This document shows, in pieces, positions 40,750-55,000 of a DNA stretch of 64,000 nt (positions are counted from its first letter, which is position 1; the number at the start of each line of letters is the position of its first letter). The stretch is from Geosiphon pyriformis uo1 (Eukaryota; Fungi; Glomeromycota). The stretch is from the NCBI GenBank assembly GCA_016748015.1, contig JAAOMT010000512.1, positions 398,180 through 462,179 on the forward strand. Reading direction: 5' to 3'. The notes beneath the pieces are model-generated. The model did no database searches. It was given only the letters and a program-made list of their open reading frames with translations, and was not told the origin of the DNA. The position numbers and the translations under genes are program-made.

Positions 40750-41587
40750 TATAGAGCATTAGATATCAATTAAGTGGATGGCGACGCGATCGAATTTATT
40801 TTAGTATCTGAAAACCGGAAGGTGTGATTTTTCTGGGATTAACATTCCATGATTTTATAGATTCTATAGCAATTTAGCAAGGAAAAATTTCTAGTTTTAA
40901 TTTGTTACTACGATCTTCTAATTTCTCTTTTCGCAAAGGCTCTGAACTTATCAATTTCTCCTTTGGATTTTACTTAAGGGCCTCAATATTCATCTTTATG
41001 ATTAAATTGAAAATAATAAAGCTTTCACAAGACAGCATCAAACCTACAATTATCATGTCACGATACACTTTCTTATTATTGCAATTTTCAATGAAAGGTT
41101 CAATGAATTTACAATAGAAGGGCAGTTCATATGTTGTATAAAACGAAGCCTCCATTCAACAGTGAGCGCTCTACCTAATATCAAGATTCAAGACTCAATT
41201 ATCAGTGAATGTTGCCGTGAAAATGAAACCCGAAAGGGCTTTGAACTTGGATGATTCTTTTTAATAGTGAATAAAGGGTTTTATTATTCAATCAAAATTG
41301 AGAGCCAATTACATCTATATAAATACAAATCATTCTTTTCAAGAATTGAATGCATTCTTGTTATTTCCATAGTTCATCTATAACAAGATTTTGATTCAAT
41401 GAGTAACATAGATAACAGATAATGTGGAGTGATTAAAATCATATCCAGAAACTCAAATTAGTGACCACCGATGCTTTTATTTTGGCATGATGAATCGAAT
41501 GGAAATCTTTTCCCAATGTATGTGTATATGTGTATGAATAGGAGTGTTGTTGAAATGTGAATGATTGATTAAATTTTTTCTTAGAGT

Positions 41588-42933
41588 TTAATAACCATCA
41601 GCGTACTGAGTATAGTTTTGTGACTGTTGGGGTTTAGCATAACCTCCACTGACGTTAACCTGACTGGGATACTCTTCCACTTCACCTAACAATCCCTTAA
41701 CTTCCCAGACGTTTTGTTTGTTACCAACCGAGAATTCAAGATCTTCTTTGGTGATTGAATCCCAATATTTGTAAACCATCATGACTGCCAACAATGTGCA
41801 AATAGTCCCAAAGAAAAGCCCATCAATGTAATGCTTGGCTGCGTCACAAATTTTCACGGAGAACATGTAAAGAATCACTTGACCAATCACATAGAATCCA
41901 ATTCCGAATAAGATATCACCCAATGGCCAACGATCATCAAGTGTATTGAGAACGAGTACAATTTGCAAGACGATATAGAATGCCAATGCAGCTCCATTGA
42001 ACCCGTATAACACGATCCAAAGAGCGACAGGGCGAAGAGGATTGAACGAAGCTATACCTTTGAATGTGGCAAACGCTAAAAAGGTGACGGCGGCAAAAAT
42101 AAAGAGAGAGGAGATTCGAATTGACTATATATAAAAAATAGATACAAACATGCTTTAATTTTTTTTGCAAGGATTATTTGAAATATTACAGTTTGAATAA
42201 TTTGAAAATTGCGAATGCTCACCCATAAAGACGTTGGGGTACCATCTTCAGCAAATTGAAACCCAACAAAACCATTAAGTAGCAGACACCAGAAAGTAGC
42301 TGTGATGAGACCTATGTGAGCCGCTGTGAAATACTAATTGAAAAATGTGAATCTGTATTAATACACCACATATTTTGAGATTTTGAGAAAAATGAAAATT
42401 TTCAAAAAATAGTTACAGGGTAAAAATTTGATGCAGTTGGAATGATTCCGGATACTAATAGTAGTTCTAAAAATGTGACCATCATATACATGTAAAAAAA
42501 CATTACAATTTCCTTCCGACCTGTAAAGGGAAAAATATGATTATCACTTTGACGCGCATATATTTAAAAAAAAACCCTATAAAATTAATGAAAAGTTACG
42601 AACCCACTGCCGTATATTTTGATTTGATGTGGTATATCATGATTGTGGTCATGATCAGGGCAATGACGTGAATGATAATCGTGGCTAGTTTAGATAAATT
42701 GGTGGTTAGTCTTGTAAATAGGACGATCAAAAGAGCCTTAAATAAGGTAGACTTCCAATTTATCAAAAAATTCAAAACTCCTTTCCCGTACCTGGTTGAA
42801 AAATGAGCGTGCCAGCCACCTCAACATTTCTTGAATAACATTCGGGTTCTATTCCTTGTTTAGCACCTACCAGGGGGCACACAGTGAGCGCAACTGTGTC
42901 ACAAATCCTATTAAAGTCTCCAAGCTTTGACAT
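41588..42933 (-). CDS. CHS7: Chitin synthase export chaperone Chs7 (multi-exon)
   Basis: [44 protein letters not shown]; [24 protein letters not shown]; [16 protein letters not shown]; [10 protein letters not shown]; [37 protein letters not shown]. Confidence 0.96.
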
Positions 42934-45900
42934 GTTTTCGTAGTTGCTATTAAAGTAGTTTTATCGCACTTGTTGATTCTATTAAACCAAACGTCTGCGT
43001 GTTTTTGAGAACAAAATAATTATTTTGGGGGTTTCCAAGTTTCTCGTCCAAGAGTTTTTATGGTTTTTAGGTTCCCCTATCTATATGTTGTTTTTACCAG
43101 TTTCCTGTGTTTTATTTCACAAAAATCTATTAAACAGGAGGCTGTGCAATTTTTGGGTGGCTGCCTGATGAGGTATTTTACAAAAAAAACACTTGAATTC
43201 TTAGTTTGTTCACAGGTGGTTGGGGAGGCGGTGTTTTGTGAGATGAGTGGTAGAATATGGGGGATATCGATTTCTGGGAAGAGGTAAATGAAAGTGAAAG
43301 AGCGGTGTAAAAAGAGGGAGGGAGGAAGGAAGGAAGGAAGGAAGGAAGGAAAAGTAAGAAAAGGAAAGTGTTGAGTTTTTTTGAAACGAAAGTGGCACCG
43401 CTGGTTTTCTCAACTCATAAAGCCCGAGTAACCTATTGACCATGCAGAAAATTCTGCATTTTCCACGCGAAACGAGCTTGTGCGACAGTATCATGTTCGG
43501 CATTGGTATCGGACAGTATCGGCCATATGTACTTTAATGAAAGAATATGTCTACGTCATGGTCCACTCCTACTGTATGAGAGAAATGATTTGACCACAGG
43601 GAAAAATCGAACTAAAATATTCGTTCGGATTAAGAAAGCCATGCCCCTTGTGCCACAAAATGGGTTCTTTGATGTAAAAATAAATCAATTTGATTGGCTC
43701 GACATAAATAGTACATACCTGACGGGTACATTTCATTTTAGTTGGTTGAATATAAGAACCAATGGTACAAAAGTTTTTTTTTACAAGTTTTTGAAAGATC
43801 CTCAGGAGTCAAAAGAGAAGTGGGGCTTTCTACCATTATGGTATTCTAAACATTTTATATATTCCACTTTATATTTGTTTTGTGTAATGTTGAATTTCCT
43901 TGAAAGTTTAGCCTTCATTGCAACGCCAACGGGCGCATTCCAATAAATGAAATAAAATTCATGTCTAAATTGGGAATTAATATAATATAAACTCTTAATG
44001 TTTTGACATGCTGAGCAAAATGGCTTTTTTAAAAATAAATACTTGCAGAAAGCAATATAAAAAATTGCCTTTTCCAAAATTAATGGTTTTTAGTTATTTG
44101 TAAATCTTAACTGAATATTTACATTCGAAAATGTTGAAATGTTCAAGTTATTTTTTTGCAAAATTTATTGAAGTTTTGTTAAAATAAAATGTATTGTTAT
44201 TTAAAATAAAATAAGTTGTTAAAATATATTATATTGATTAAATTGAAAATAATCAAATATTAATCCAGTTTTTTTAAATTTAAATTTAACCAAATTATTT
44301 TAATATTTTTAAAAAATCTTGACAAGTTTTGTGTTTGTTAATTTTTTTGCAACAAATTTTGTTTATAATGTTTTTTGCAAATTATTTATTTTTAATTTTA
44401 GTTTGTTAATTTATTTTAATAATTTAAAAGTTAATAATAATTATTTATTTATAAAAAAAGCTATTTTACCTTTATTATTAGACTGTAATTTAAATAAAAA
44501 TTAATTTAATTCAATAAAAAAAATTATTATTGTTTTTTAATTATACATATAGTGTAATTTAATTACTAACTATTTTTATACAACCTAATTATTATACATT
44601 AAACATAAATTATACACAAATCATGTGTAATTAGTTATTTAAACTAATTAAAAATATTTTAAATCAGATCTAAAAAATAAATTTTGTGCTTTTATTTTAT
44701 TAATATAACTGTTTAAAAAACTATTATTTTTAACAAATTTATTTATTTAAATATTAAAAGCATTTAATTTTATATTTTGTTGGTTTTAAAAATTACCAAA
44801 TTATTAAACAAAATATTTAAAATTATTAATTATGTTATTATTATTATTATTATAAAATTAAAACTAATAATTTTATATAATACAAAAAATACAATAACTT
44901 TAATATAAAAAATTAAACTAATAAATTAATTTATAAAAATTATAAATTTAAATATAATAATAATGTATATTTAATAATTAAATTTAAAAAACTAAAAAAT
45001 AAAACAAGTTTATTTTTTTATTTAATATATAAAATCTAATTACTATTTAATATAATATAACAAACTAAATATTTTAAATTAGACATAATATATTTTTACA
45101 TGTAATTAAATACATAAATTTAGTTTTAATTAAATTATGTTGAATTTAATAAGAAAAATCTACTTAAAAAAACATTTTATATATATATACAAATAAAATA
45201 CAATTATTTTTAATTATTTTACTCATTTGTTTTATAATATTATTAATATTTAACTTAAATTTTTAAGATTAAAGCTTTTAAAAAGCTATTATTTAAAAAA
45301 ATGTTTTTATTAAATTTATTATCAAAAATTTTTACATTTTATTTTAAGCTTATTAATTTTTTTATGCAATTTGTTTAATTTTTTTTTAAGAACAGTAATA
45401 TTTTTCTAAACTATATAATTTTTTTTTAACTTAATATATAAAACAAAAAAAGCACCAAAACAATTTTATAATTAAAACAACTAAAACACCAATAAATTTA
45501 ATTATTAAAATTGATATAGTTAATTTAAATTTTAATAAAACCAACTAAAAAATTTACAATAGTAACAACAATAAAACCAGTTAAAAACATAATAATAGAT
45601 AAAACTAATAGAACAAAAATCTTAACATAAAACTTAAAACTAAAAAATTAGAATTCAAAATTTTAAAATTAATTATAGTTTTAAACAAAAACTTTGAAAA
45701 AAAAAAGTGAAAATACTTTATAGTTTACAATTATATATTACAATTATTAAAAAATTAAGAAATAAAAAACAAAACAAATATGTTTATAAATTTAAAAAAT
45801 TAATTTATTAATTTTAAAATTCATATAATTAGAAAAAAAATTAATTAACTTAATTTTAAATATATTATAAAAAAATTTTTAATATTATTTTTAGTTATTA

Positions 45901-48900
45901 AACAAATTCAAAAATCATTAAAAATTTAACAATTTTAAAAATAAAAAAATAAACAAAATTAATAAATTTAATTTAAAAGACAGTATTTAAAAAAACTTAA
46001 AAACAAATTTCATATAAAACAGTTTTATATTGTCTTTAAATACACATTTTATATTAACAAAATTATATACAAACTAAAAAACAGTCTTAATAAATACTAA
46101 TTTAATTTTAAAATAAAAGAAATTATTTATTCAAAAAACTTTTAATAATTAGCAATTGGTTTTTAAGTATTATTAAAAACAATATTATTAAAAAACAAAA
46201 AATAAGTTTAATTTTTATTTAATTAATTTTATTCTTAAAATTAAATATTTTAATAAGTTAATTAGTTAAAATATATATAAAACATAACTTCTTTTGTTTT
46301 TAAAACTGACAAAAATTGGTTAAAAATTAATATATTAAATATACAAATAAAAATTAATTTAGATTAAAATTAATTAATATATTTTATTATTATTATTTAA
46401 AATAAGAAAATTTTTTTATTTAAAATTATAATAAAAATGGATATTATAATTAATATAATTAATATAAAATGAATAAAAAAGCCAAAAAATCAAAGTTTTA
46501 TTTTTTACAAAAAAAAAGTTGGCTTTATAACAAAAAAATTAATATTAAAAATATTAAAAAAAAATCTTTTAGCATTTTAAAAAAGTTGTTATTTATTATA
46601 ATAAAAAATTAAAAAAATATTTTTTAACTGTTTTAACTTTTTTAATTATTTAAACAATAATAAAAAATATTTTTTTGGTATATTAATTATTAATATTTCT
46701 AATTTAATTATAATTAATTTTTTATAAGTTTTTTAATTCTAAGTATATAATAATATTAAAGTTTTTGTTAATATTATAATATAAGTTTTTTTTAAATTTT
46801 GATTATCATTATGTATTTATGTATTTTTTTTTAAAAACTAATTTGAAATTACTCACTATTATTAGAGTTTTTTTTTAAATTATTTTTACAATTGTTTAAA
46901 ATAGTTTTCTAATTTAAAAACACAATTTTTTCAATAAATTTTTTTAATTTACAATAAAGCTTTAATTAATTATTAATAATATAAATAATTTTAATTAAAA
47001 TTATTGTTTTAAAAAATTTAATTAATGAATAACAGTTTTATTTAATAAATAAATACAAGTAAGTTTTTTAATAATTTTACATAATAATTTTTTAATTAAT
47101 TAAAAATTTATTTAAATATTATATTAATAATAAAAATTAAATAAAGTTTTTTTTTTTAAAATTATTATATATATGTTTGTAGTTTTATAAAAAAACATAT
47201 TATAATACTTTATTTTTAATATTTTAATATAATATTTATTATTATTATACTATAATATTTATTACTATTATAAAATAGTGTTTATTTTTAAAACTATTTA
47301 ATAATTATTATTATATAAATTATTATTTTTCTAAAATTATTATTATGCTATATTATAATTGAATAATTTATATTATTATATAATTCTTATTAAATTTTTA
47401 AATTATAACAATTATAAATATTTTATTAATAAAAATATTATTAATTACTTTAAAAAATAATTTAATTTTTTTACTTATTTTAGTTGTAATTATATAATAT
47501 AAAAAAAAGTATTTTTAAGTTTAATTATATATTTAAAAAATACCAAAAATATTTTAAATAAAAAATTACAATAATATAAAATACTTAAATTAAATTAAGT
47601 TTTAATTTAATTTAGATTTAATTTAGAAAATTTTTATTTTTAAGAAAATAAATTAAGTTTAATAACTTATAATTTAATTTAATTTATTATTTATTATATG
47701 TAAAAATTTTATTTATTTTTAACCATAAAAAAATAATAATATTCAATTTTTAAAATGTTTTTCTTATAAATATCTTATTAATAAAATAGTAAAATTTTTA
47801 AAAAAAATTTTATTTATAATTATTAATGTTTTTATTATTGTAATTACAACTACCAAAACTTAATTTTGGTTTTATTAACAATTAAAAAAACATTAAATTT
47901 AAAAAAAAAGATCAAGATTAGAAAACAATTAAAAAAAATTAATTTTAAAACTTATTATATCTTAAACTCTATTAATTTAAATTTCAAAACCAATTTAAAA
48001 TTTAATAAATTTAATTGTATTAGAAAACTTACTATTAATATTACTAATTATTATAATTTTATTATCAATACTTTTATTGTTAATACACATATTTTTTTTA
48101 CTAATAGTACTAATCATATATACATTAATTATTAAATTAAAAAAATTTACTAGCAAAAAAAACAATACTTAAGTCTAACTAAACAATATAAAAAAAGTTA
48201 TTGTTATTAACAATTATAATAATATTAAAGTTTTTTAAGCAATTTTATATTTTTTTTAAAATATAACAAATTTATAATATTAAAATTTAATTAATAAGAC
48301 TGTATTTCTCTGGTATTTTAACAATTATTATAATATTATTAAGCTATAAAAATACTTTAATACTATTAAATAAAAAGATAATAAAGCAATTACTACTTAT
48401 TTAAAATGTTTTTATTATTATTTATATTAGATTTAAGCAATTAATAGTAATTATTATACAACATTTTAAATTTAAGAATTATACAGCAGTATTTTTTAAT
48501 AAATATGTTTAATATATTTAACCAATTTTCAAACAGCAATCATATTGACCAGAAATTTTAAATTAGCTAAACTTAAAACTAATTATATTTAAACCATAAA
48601 TCTAATAATAAGCAGATTATTTAACCTAAATATTAAGTTTAAATAATTCAGTAATATGATAAATTAGAAATTAAAAGAATATTTAACTAATAATTAAGTT
48701 GTATATTAATTTTTTTAATATTGTAAAAACAGCTAAAACAACAATTATTTTTAAAATTAACTATAATTATTATTTTTTAATTAATTATGACAACAAAAAA
48801 CTTAAATCTGTAATTTTTGTCATAAATAAAATCATATCAAAGTTAATTATTACTTATAATTAAATAACTAATGATTAAGAAATTAGTACCAAAATCCCAA

Positions 48901-49150
48901 TTGCAGATTTTAAATTTTGAACTATGAATTTGGAGTTTTACAGAAACAATATTAGTTACTTTAATATTATGTATTTGCACTTTAATAACTATTCCAATTA
49001 CAACCAATTTACTTATTTTGTTATTAACTACAATTACAAATTATTATTTCAGCAACTATCTTATCATAATCAGCCTTAGGAACAGTGTCTTTATAATTAT
49101 CTTTTATTATTTTATTCACAATTATAGAAACCAGTACTATAATTATAATA

Positions 49151-50147
49151 CGACAGGGTGAAATCTGAGATAACAAATAGTAAAACCTGCGATAGATTAG
49201 TAAAACCTGCGATAGATTGGATAGATTGGATAGATTGGGTAAAACCTGCGATAGATTAGTAAAATCTGCAATAGGGTAAAAACCTGTAAACCCCGTGATT
49301 GTATCAAGTGAAATCTGCGATAAATAGACATTTTTTAAAAGCAACGGCCCCTTTTGAGGGCAGACCCAATTGAAGGTACTGTAAAGTCGACCAAACTAAG
49401 TGACACAACTTTGAATGGAAAATTCAAACAAGTAATACTGTTATTATTGAAACAGGTAAGCTTAAAAATAGAGATCCTTCTTTATTACATATAACGATCA
49501 GTTTTTATTGCAAAAAACTCAAATCTTTCCATAGATGACAAAATCCATTGTATAACCACTTTTGGGAGGAGGACGCGACTTCCAATTGCCATTGCCCTTG
49601 CTTTGTAGGTTTTTTGCAGATGTGTATAAGAGACAGCCCTATTGGAACATCCAAGATATTCTACGTATGCCAAATTTGAATTTGAATTTTTGTTTGCATC
49701 TTCATTTACGAGTGTAATGGCTTTTACATCTCCTTCACGTACCTTAATATTTAATAAAATACTATTGTATAGAAGTATAATTCATATAAATAATAATCTC
49801 TTACCCACTTCTTATGCATACAGTCATGATCTAGAATTTTATAGCCGTTACTAAGACTACCACCTCCTAGGGATACCGTATCAGACATACATAAGTCTAA
49901 CACTGAGGGTACTTGTATAAGTGGCACTTGTATGCATCGAATAGTTGACAATAATGGGCGCCAAATGGCCTTTTTTGTTTCAATAGAGCTAGTAGACAAA
50001 GCATAATCGCCCATTAGTGATAATGTTATGGTAGTAAAGATAATGTACCTTTACCTTCTTTACACATTTTATATATTTCATTTTCTCACTTGATACAATC
50101 ACGGGGTTTACAGGTTTTTATTTGTTATCTCAGATTTCACCCTGTCG
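49151..50147. mobile_element. Young 997-bp TIR DNA transposon (non-autonomous as assembled), TA flanks, subterminal repeats
   Basis: Perfect 29-bp outer inverted repeat CGACAGGGTGAAATCTGAGATAACAAATA (49151-49179 / 50119-50147) and perfect 35-bp inner inverted repeat (49277-49311 / 50086-50120). The left arm is split by ~97 bp of GTAAAACCTGCGATAGATT and GATAGATTG repeats. Flanked by TA (alternatively TTATAA if TA belongs to the termini); CpG intact. Confidence 0.9.
49618..49636 (+). other. Tn5 mosaic end / Nextera adapter sequence (probable library artefact)
   Basis: Exact 19-mer AGATGTGTATAAGAGACAG; yields the AVSYTHL peptide in ORF 49485-49673. Confidence 0.95.
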
Positions 50148-50744
50148 TATTATAATTACAATTACAATTTTTAGCTTAATCTTAAAACCCAAGACCCAAA
50201 ACTATTTAACAAAACTAGCAATTAGCAATAATTATTTATTAACTAATTTCTAATACTGTTAATCTACAATTAAAAAACTATGTCAGAAATTTAAAAAATA
50301 CAGTTTTAATTTCCAAAATTTCAGAACTATTTAAGTTTTTTTATTATAACTAAAAATCAATAATTTAATATTATTATTATTATTTTATTAACAATTATTA
50401 TTAAAGACAGTAATTATTCCTAAAAACAGTACTCTTATTGTTATTTTTTTATTTGAATTAAAAAACAAAAACAAAATATCTTTTTTTAATAAACTTATTC
50501 TAAACTTTAACAAACTTATTATAGTTATATGTACTAATACCAAAATTAATAGCCAATTTATCAAACTTATTCTTAATAATAGTTTAACAAACAATATTAT
50601 TATTAGACAACTTATAAACCAATTAAATTGTTGAGTTAATTATATTATTAATAAAATTATTAAAATTTTAATTGGTAAAATTAATAATTTTTTATTTAAA
50701 GTTAATAGTATTATAGTATTTATTAGAATATTTATTATAGAAAC

Positions 50745-51250
50745 TAACCATATTTGGCAATATAACCAGTAGTTAATCTTAGTCCATCTTGAATAATAGA
50801 CCAAATAATACAATAGAAATCTTATCTAAGATCTTATTAAGAAATACAAAGAAATTTGGTTTAATAATAGCAAAAATAAGCAATTGCTCTTATTTTTTAA
50901 AATTTTTGGTCTTTTTAATTATTTTTTTTAAAAAGAAAATACTAGTAACATCAAATATAAAAACTATGATAGAAAAAACTAGCTTATTAACTGGTTTGTT
51001 GTTAAATACTTTTGGGCTTTTAAAAAGAGTAAAAGCAATACTAAAACTAATTTAAATGTGTTTTTTAAAGACAGTTTTATATTATTATTAACTAAAAAAA
51101 AGCTTTTAAAACATTTTGTCTAATTGCTTCTATAATAGAAAAAACTTCTTTAATTAAAACTTTGTAAAATATTAAAGAAAAAATACTAATTACAGCTTTT
51201 TTTATTCTTTGCTTTAGTTATGGTTATAAAATTAAGAAGACAAAGTTAAA
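50745..51250 (-). mobile_element. Fragment of another LINE-like ORF1 N-terminus abutting the gypsy protease
   Basis: Minus strand reads FTLFKSPKVFNNKPVNKLVFSI..KKIIKKTKNFKK*EQLLIFAIIKPNFFVFLNKILDKISI..LLVILPNMVS. Assignment rests on recalled similarity to Glomeromycotina LINE ORF1 proteins, not on a search. Confidence 0.45.
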
Positions 51251-51964
51251 AAAAAATTATTAATTATTAAAAATTTTTTAATATTTGAAAATTTTATTAA
51301 TTTGTTTTTGTATTTTACTTATAAATTTTTTTTTATAAAGCACAAAAATATTAAATTATTTTTTGTAATAATATAGTTAAAATTAATATAATAGCTAATT
51401 GTAATAATATTTGGTTTATTTTGTATTATTTAATTATAATTAATTTTGTTTTTTTGTTTTTTTAATATTTTTAAATTATTTTTTTGTTAAAAATTTTTAC
51501 CAAATTATTATAATATTTTATAATAGTTGAATTATAATTTTATTTACTTTTGGTTTTTTTAAATTAACCAATAATTTTTAAAGAAAAAAATAAGTATTTT
51601 ATTAATTATAATTAAAAATTATTAATTTAAGTTATAATTTTAAAAAAAAATAAAATAGTTATTATAAGTAAATATATTGAATTATGTCTTATAATTTGAT
51701 GTAATTTAGTGTATAATCTAAAATTTTTATGATTAAGTTTTTTGTATAAAAAACAAAAATTCAATATTAATAACTTTTAATATTTAATATTTTACTTTTT
51801 TAATATAATAATTTGTTTATTTTAATATTTATTACTTTTTTAATAAATTATTCAACTTTTATTTAATTAGTTTATGTTTTAGTTTTGTGTTTTTTATTAA
51901 ATTATTCTAAATATTATAATTTTAATATTTATTTTTTAATTATTAATTTAATAATAAAACAACA

Positions 51965-52004
<40 letters not shown>

Positions 52005-55000
52005 AGTATTCTGTTAATAACTTAATATATTTTATTATTTTTTATATTATTTTGTTATTACTTTAATTATATTTGATATTTTATATTATTTTGTATTATT
52101 ATTTATTATTTTATTATTATATATTAATTATATTTTGTTTATAATTAATTGGTTTTTTATTTATTATAAAATAAGCTTTATCAATATATTAATATTATAA
52201 ATTTTAGTTTAAATTACAATTAAATTTTTGTGAATTTTTTAATTTAAATTACTTAATATTATTATAAAACTTTTATTAAAATTATTAAATAAGTTTTATT
52301 TTTTATTTTATAATATTATATTTTAATATATTTTTTAAAAAACTAATTTTAAACTTTATTTATTATTATTAAAAATTTTTTAAAATTAATTTTACAATTA
52401 TTTTAAGTGCTTTTCTAATTTATAAACACAAATATTAATATTTTTAATATATTTAAGCAAAATAATAAATTTTTTTATTAATTAATAATATAAATAATCT
52501 AAATCAAGAAATATTCATTTAAAATTTTGAATAAATAAATAATAATTTTATTTAAGTTGTAAATATATAAATATTTTTTAAAAAAATTATATTTTTATTA
52601 ATTTTTTAATTGTTACTAAGTTATTAAATATTGAATTTAAAATATTAAATCTGTTTTTTAATGTTAAAACTATTATATATATATATAATTATAGATTTAT
52701 AAAATAATATATTATAATACAATATTTTTGTTATTTTAAAATAATATTTGTTATTATTATTAATTAGTACTTATTGTTTTTATAAAATAATATTTATTAT
52801 GTAAATTTTTTTTAAATTATTATTGTATTATTTTATATTGGTTAATTTATTATAATTATTTATAATTTTGTTAATTTTTAATTAATAATAATATTTTTTT
52901 TAAGCTTTATTAAAATCAAAATTAATTTTATTAATAAATTTTAAGTTATTGTAATATTTTAATATTATTACTAAATATTTTAGTTTTTTATTTGTTATTA
53001 ATATTATGTTACTATTAATTTTATTATTAATAAAAGCTAATTAATTTTTTATAAGCTAATTTATCTTTAAAGTATTCTATATATTTTGAATATATCAATT
53101 TTTAATGTAGTTATTTTGCAGTAAAAATTAATTATTTAATAATATATAGTTATTTTGCTTTAAAAATCAATTTTTTTACAAAAAAACTTAATTATAAACT
53201 ATTTAATAATTATAAAAAAAATTAATATAAAAAAAAATATATAGAAAAATATTTTTTGTTCAAATTTAAAATTAATTAAATAATTACTAAAATTAACAAT
53301 TAATTATTTTAATAAACTGTTAAATATTTTGATTTTTGAATGTTATATAATTTAAATATTATATAATCTGATTATTGTATTTAATTATATTTGTGTTTTA
53401 TACAAATTAGGTTATTAATTAAATAATAATATTTAATAATTTAATTAATAATAATTAATAAATTAAAATAATAATATATATTAATCAATAAAGTAATTTT
53501 ATGTTAATTAGTATTAATGTTTTTTTGATGTTATTTTATTACAAAAAATAAAAAATAAAAAAATATATTATAATTTATAAAAATAAGTTAAAAAAATTTG
53601 ATGTTTATATTAATTATTAAGCTTTTATTTGATTAAAAAATAAAAAAACTAAATTATAAAAGAATTTTTTATTAAATTATATATTTAAATAAATATAAAT
53701 ATAATATCAAATATTGTAAAAAAAACAAATAATTAAAATATAAACACTCTATTTTAATTGGTTATATAATAATAAAACAGATAATAATTAATCAATTATT
53801 ATTATTAAAATATTGATTAATTGTTATCTGTTTTTTAGAATTTTTCTTCATTTTTTTATATTTATATAATTTTTTTTCAAGTAAATTTTGGTTTTTTATA
53901 TTAAAATTTTTTTGTTAATTGCTCTTTAAATTTAAATACTTTTTTTAATGCTTTATATGTTTTTGTAATTATAATTATAACAGGTAAAAATTTTTTGAAT
54001 TTTTTTTTTAAGTTATTTAATTGTATTGATATTAATTTGAGTATTGATTAAAATTATATCTACAATTTTATTATTATCAAAAATATTTTTAATTACTAAT
54101 AATTTATTAATTATTATAGTATAACCTTTGAAATTTTTGACCAATTGTTATGTATTTGATAATAAATTGTTAAATATATTTATAGCAATTAATAATTTAG
54201 ATTTTTAATTTCTATTTTTTGTTAATAATTTTAAATTATAATAAGTATTACTTAAAATTATAATTTAACAACATAATTAATTACTTGTTTTATTTTTAAA
54301 AAATAAATTAATATTAAATAAAATTATATAATATATAATAATAATAATAATACTGTATATATTATATTACTTAACTATTTAATATTAATTTTTTGTTTAA
54401 ATTGATATAAAATATGTTAATAATATAAATACTTATATTTGTCTTTGAAAAATTTAATAATGCCAACATTTATTGATTAAAAATAGTGCAAAATAATATT
54501 AATTAATTGAATTAAATTTTTTTTAATTTAAGTATAATAAGAAATTATATTATTAATCAAAAGTAATATATGCAGATTTTGAATTCAAAAACCTTTATTT
54601 ATATATTTAAGTTATGTTTTTTATAAATTTAAGTATATATATGCTTTGGAATTAAATTTGTAAATTATAAATAGATTAAAAGTATTAATTTTTTTAAAAC
54701 ATTTTAAATTTTTTGTATATACAATTATTAAAAATTGTAATTTGTAAAATTTAATTGAATTTATAGCAAAAAAAAATTGTAATCTAAGATTTATTCTATA
54801 AAAAACCCAATTAATTTAATATAATAATAATATATAATAATAATAATTAGTAAATATAATATACTAATTTTTTTTATATTTTAATATTTTACAAGTATTT
54901 AATTTGGTTTTATTAGCATTATATATATTAATAAGATTAAATTTAGATATAATAATTTTTAATTTTTTAATTTTTTTAATAAACTTTTAGTTAATATACT

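Larger units (their letters stand above)
48200..50745 (+). mobile_element. Ty3/gypsy LTR-retrotransposon relic (gag and aspartic protease), interrupted by the TIR element
   Basis: Gag-like FNTIK*KDNKAITTYLKCF (TIKQGENE.VTTYL.RF) near 48355. Protease region from 50521 reads IVICTNTKINSQFIKLILNNSLTNNIIIRQLINQLNC*V, where LILNNSL reverts to the retropepsin motif LILDSGS by A->G/T->C only. LTRs not identified; limits approximate. Confidence 0.72.

Noticed and set aside
43060-44077. ORFs of 75-147 aa upstream of CHS7
   Set aside because: No recognisable domains and several non-ATG starts; the region looks like the CHS7 promoter/5' leader with purine-rich simple repeats.
49180-49276. Short direct repeats resembling a CRISPR or iteron array
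   Set aside because: No spacers; the units are variants of the element's own TIR core, i.e. subterminal repeats.
49618-49636. Horizontal transfer of a bacterial Tn5/IS50 element from an endosymbiont
   Set aside because: The sequence is the synthetic mosaic end, occurs singly, and has no transposase or 9-bp duplication; an adapter artefact is far more likely.
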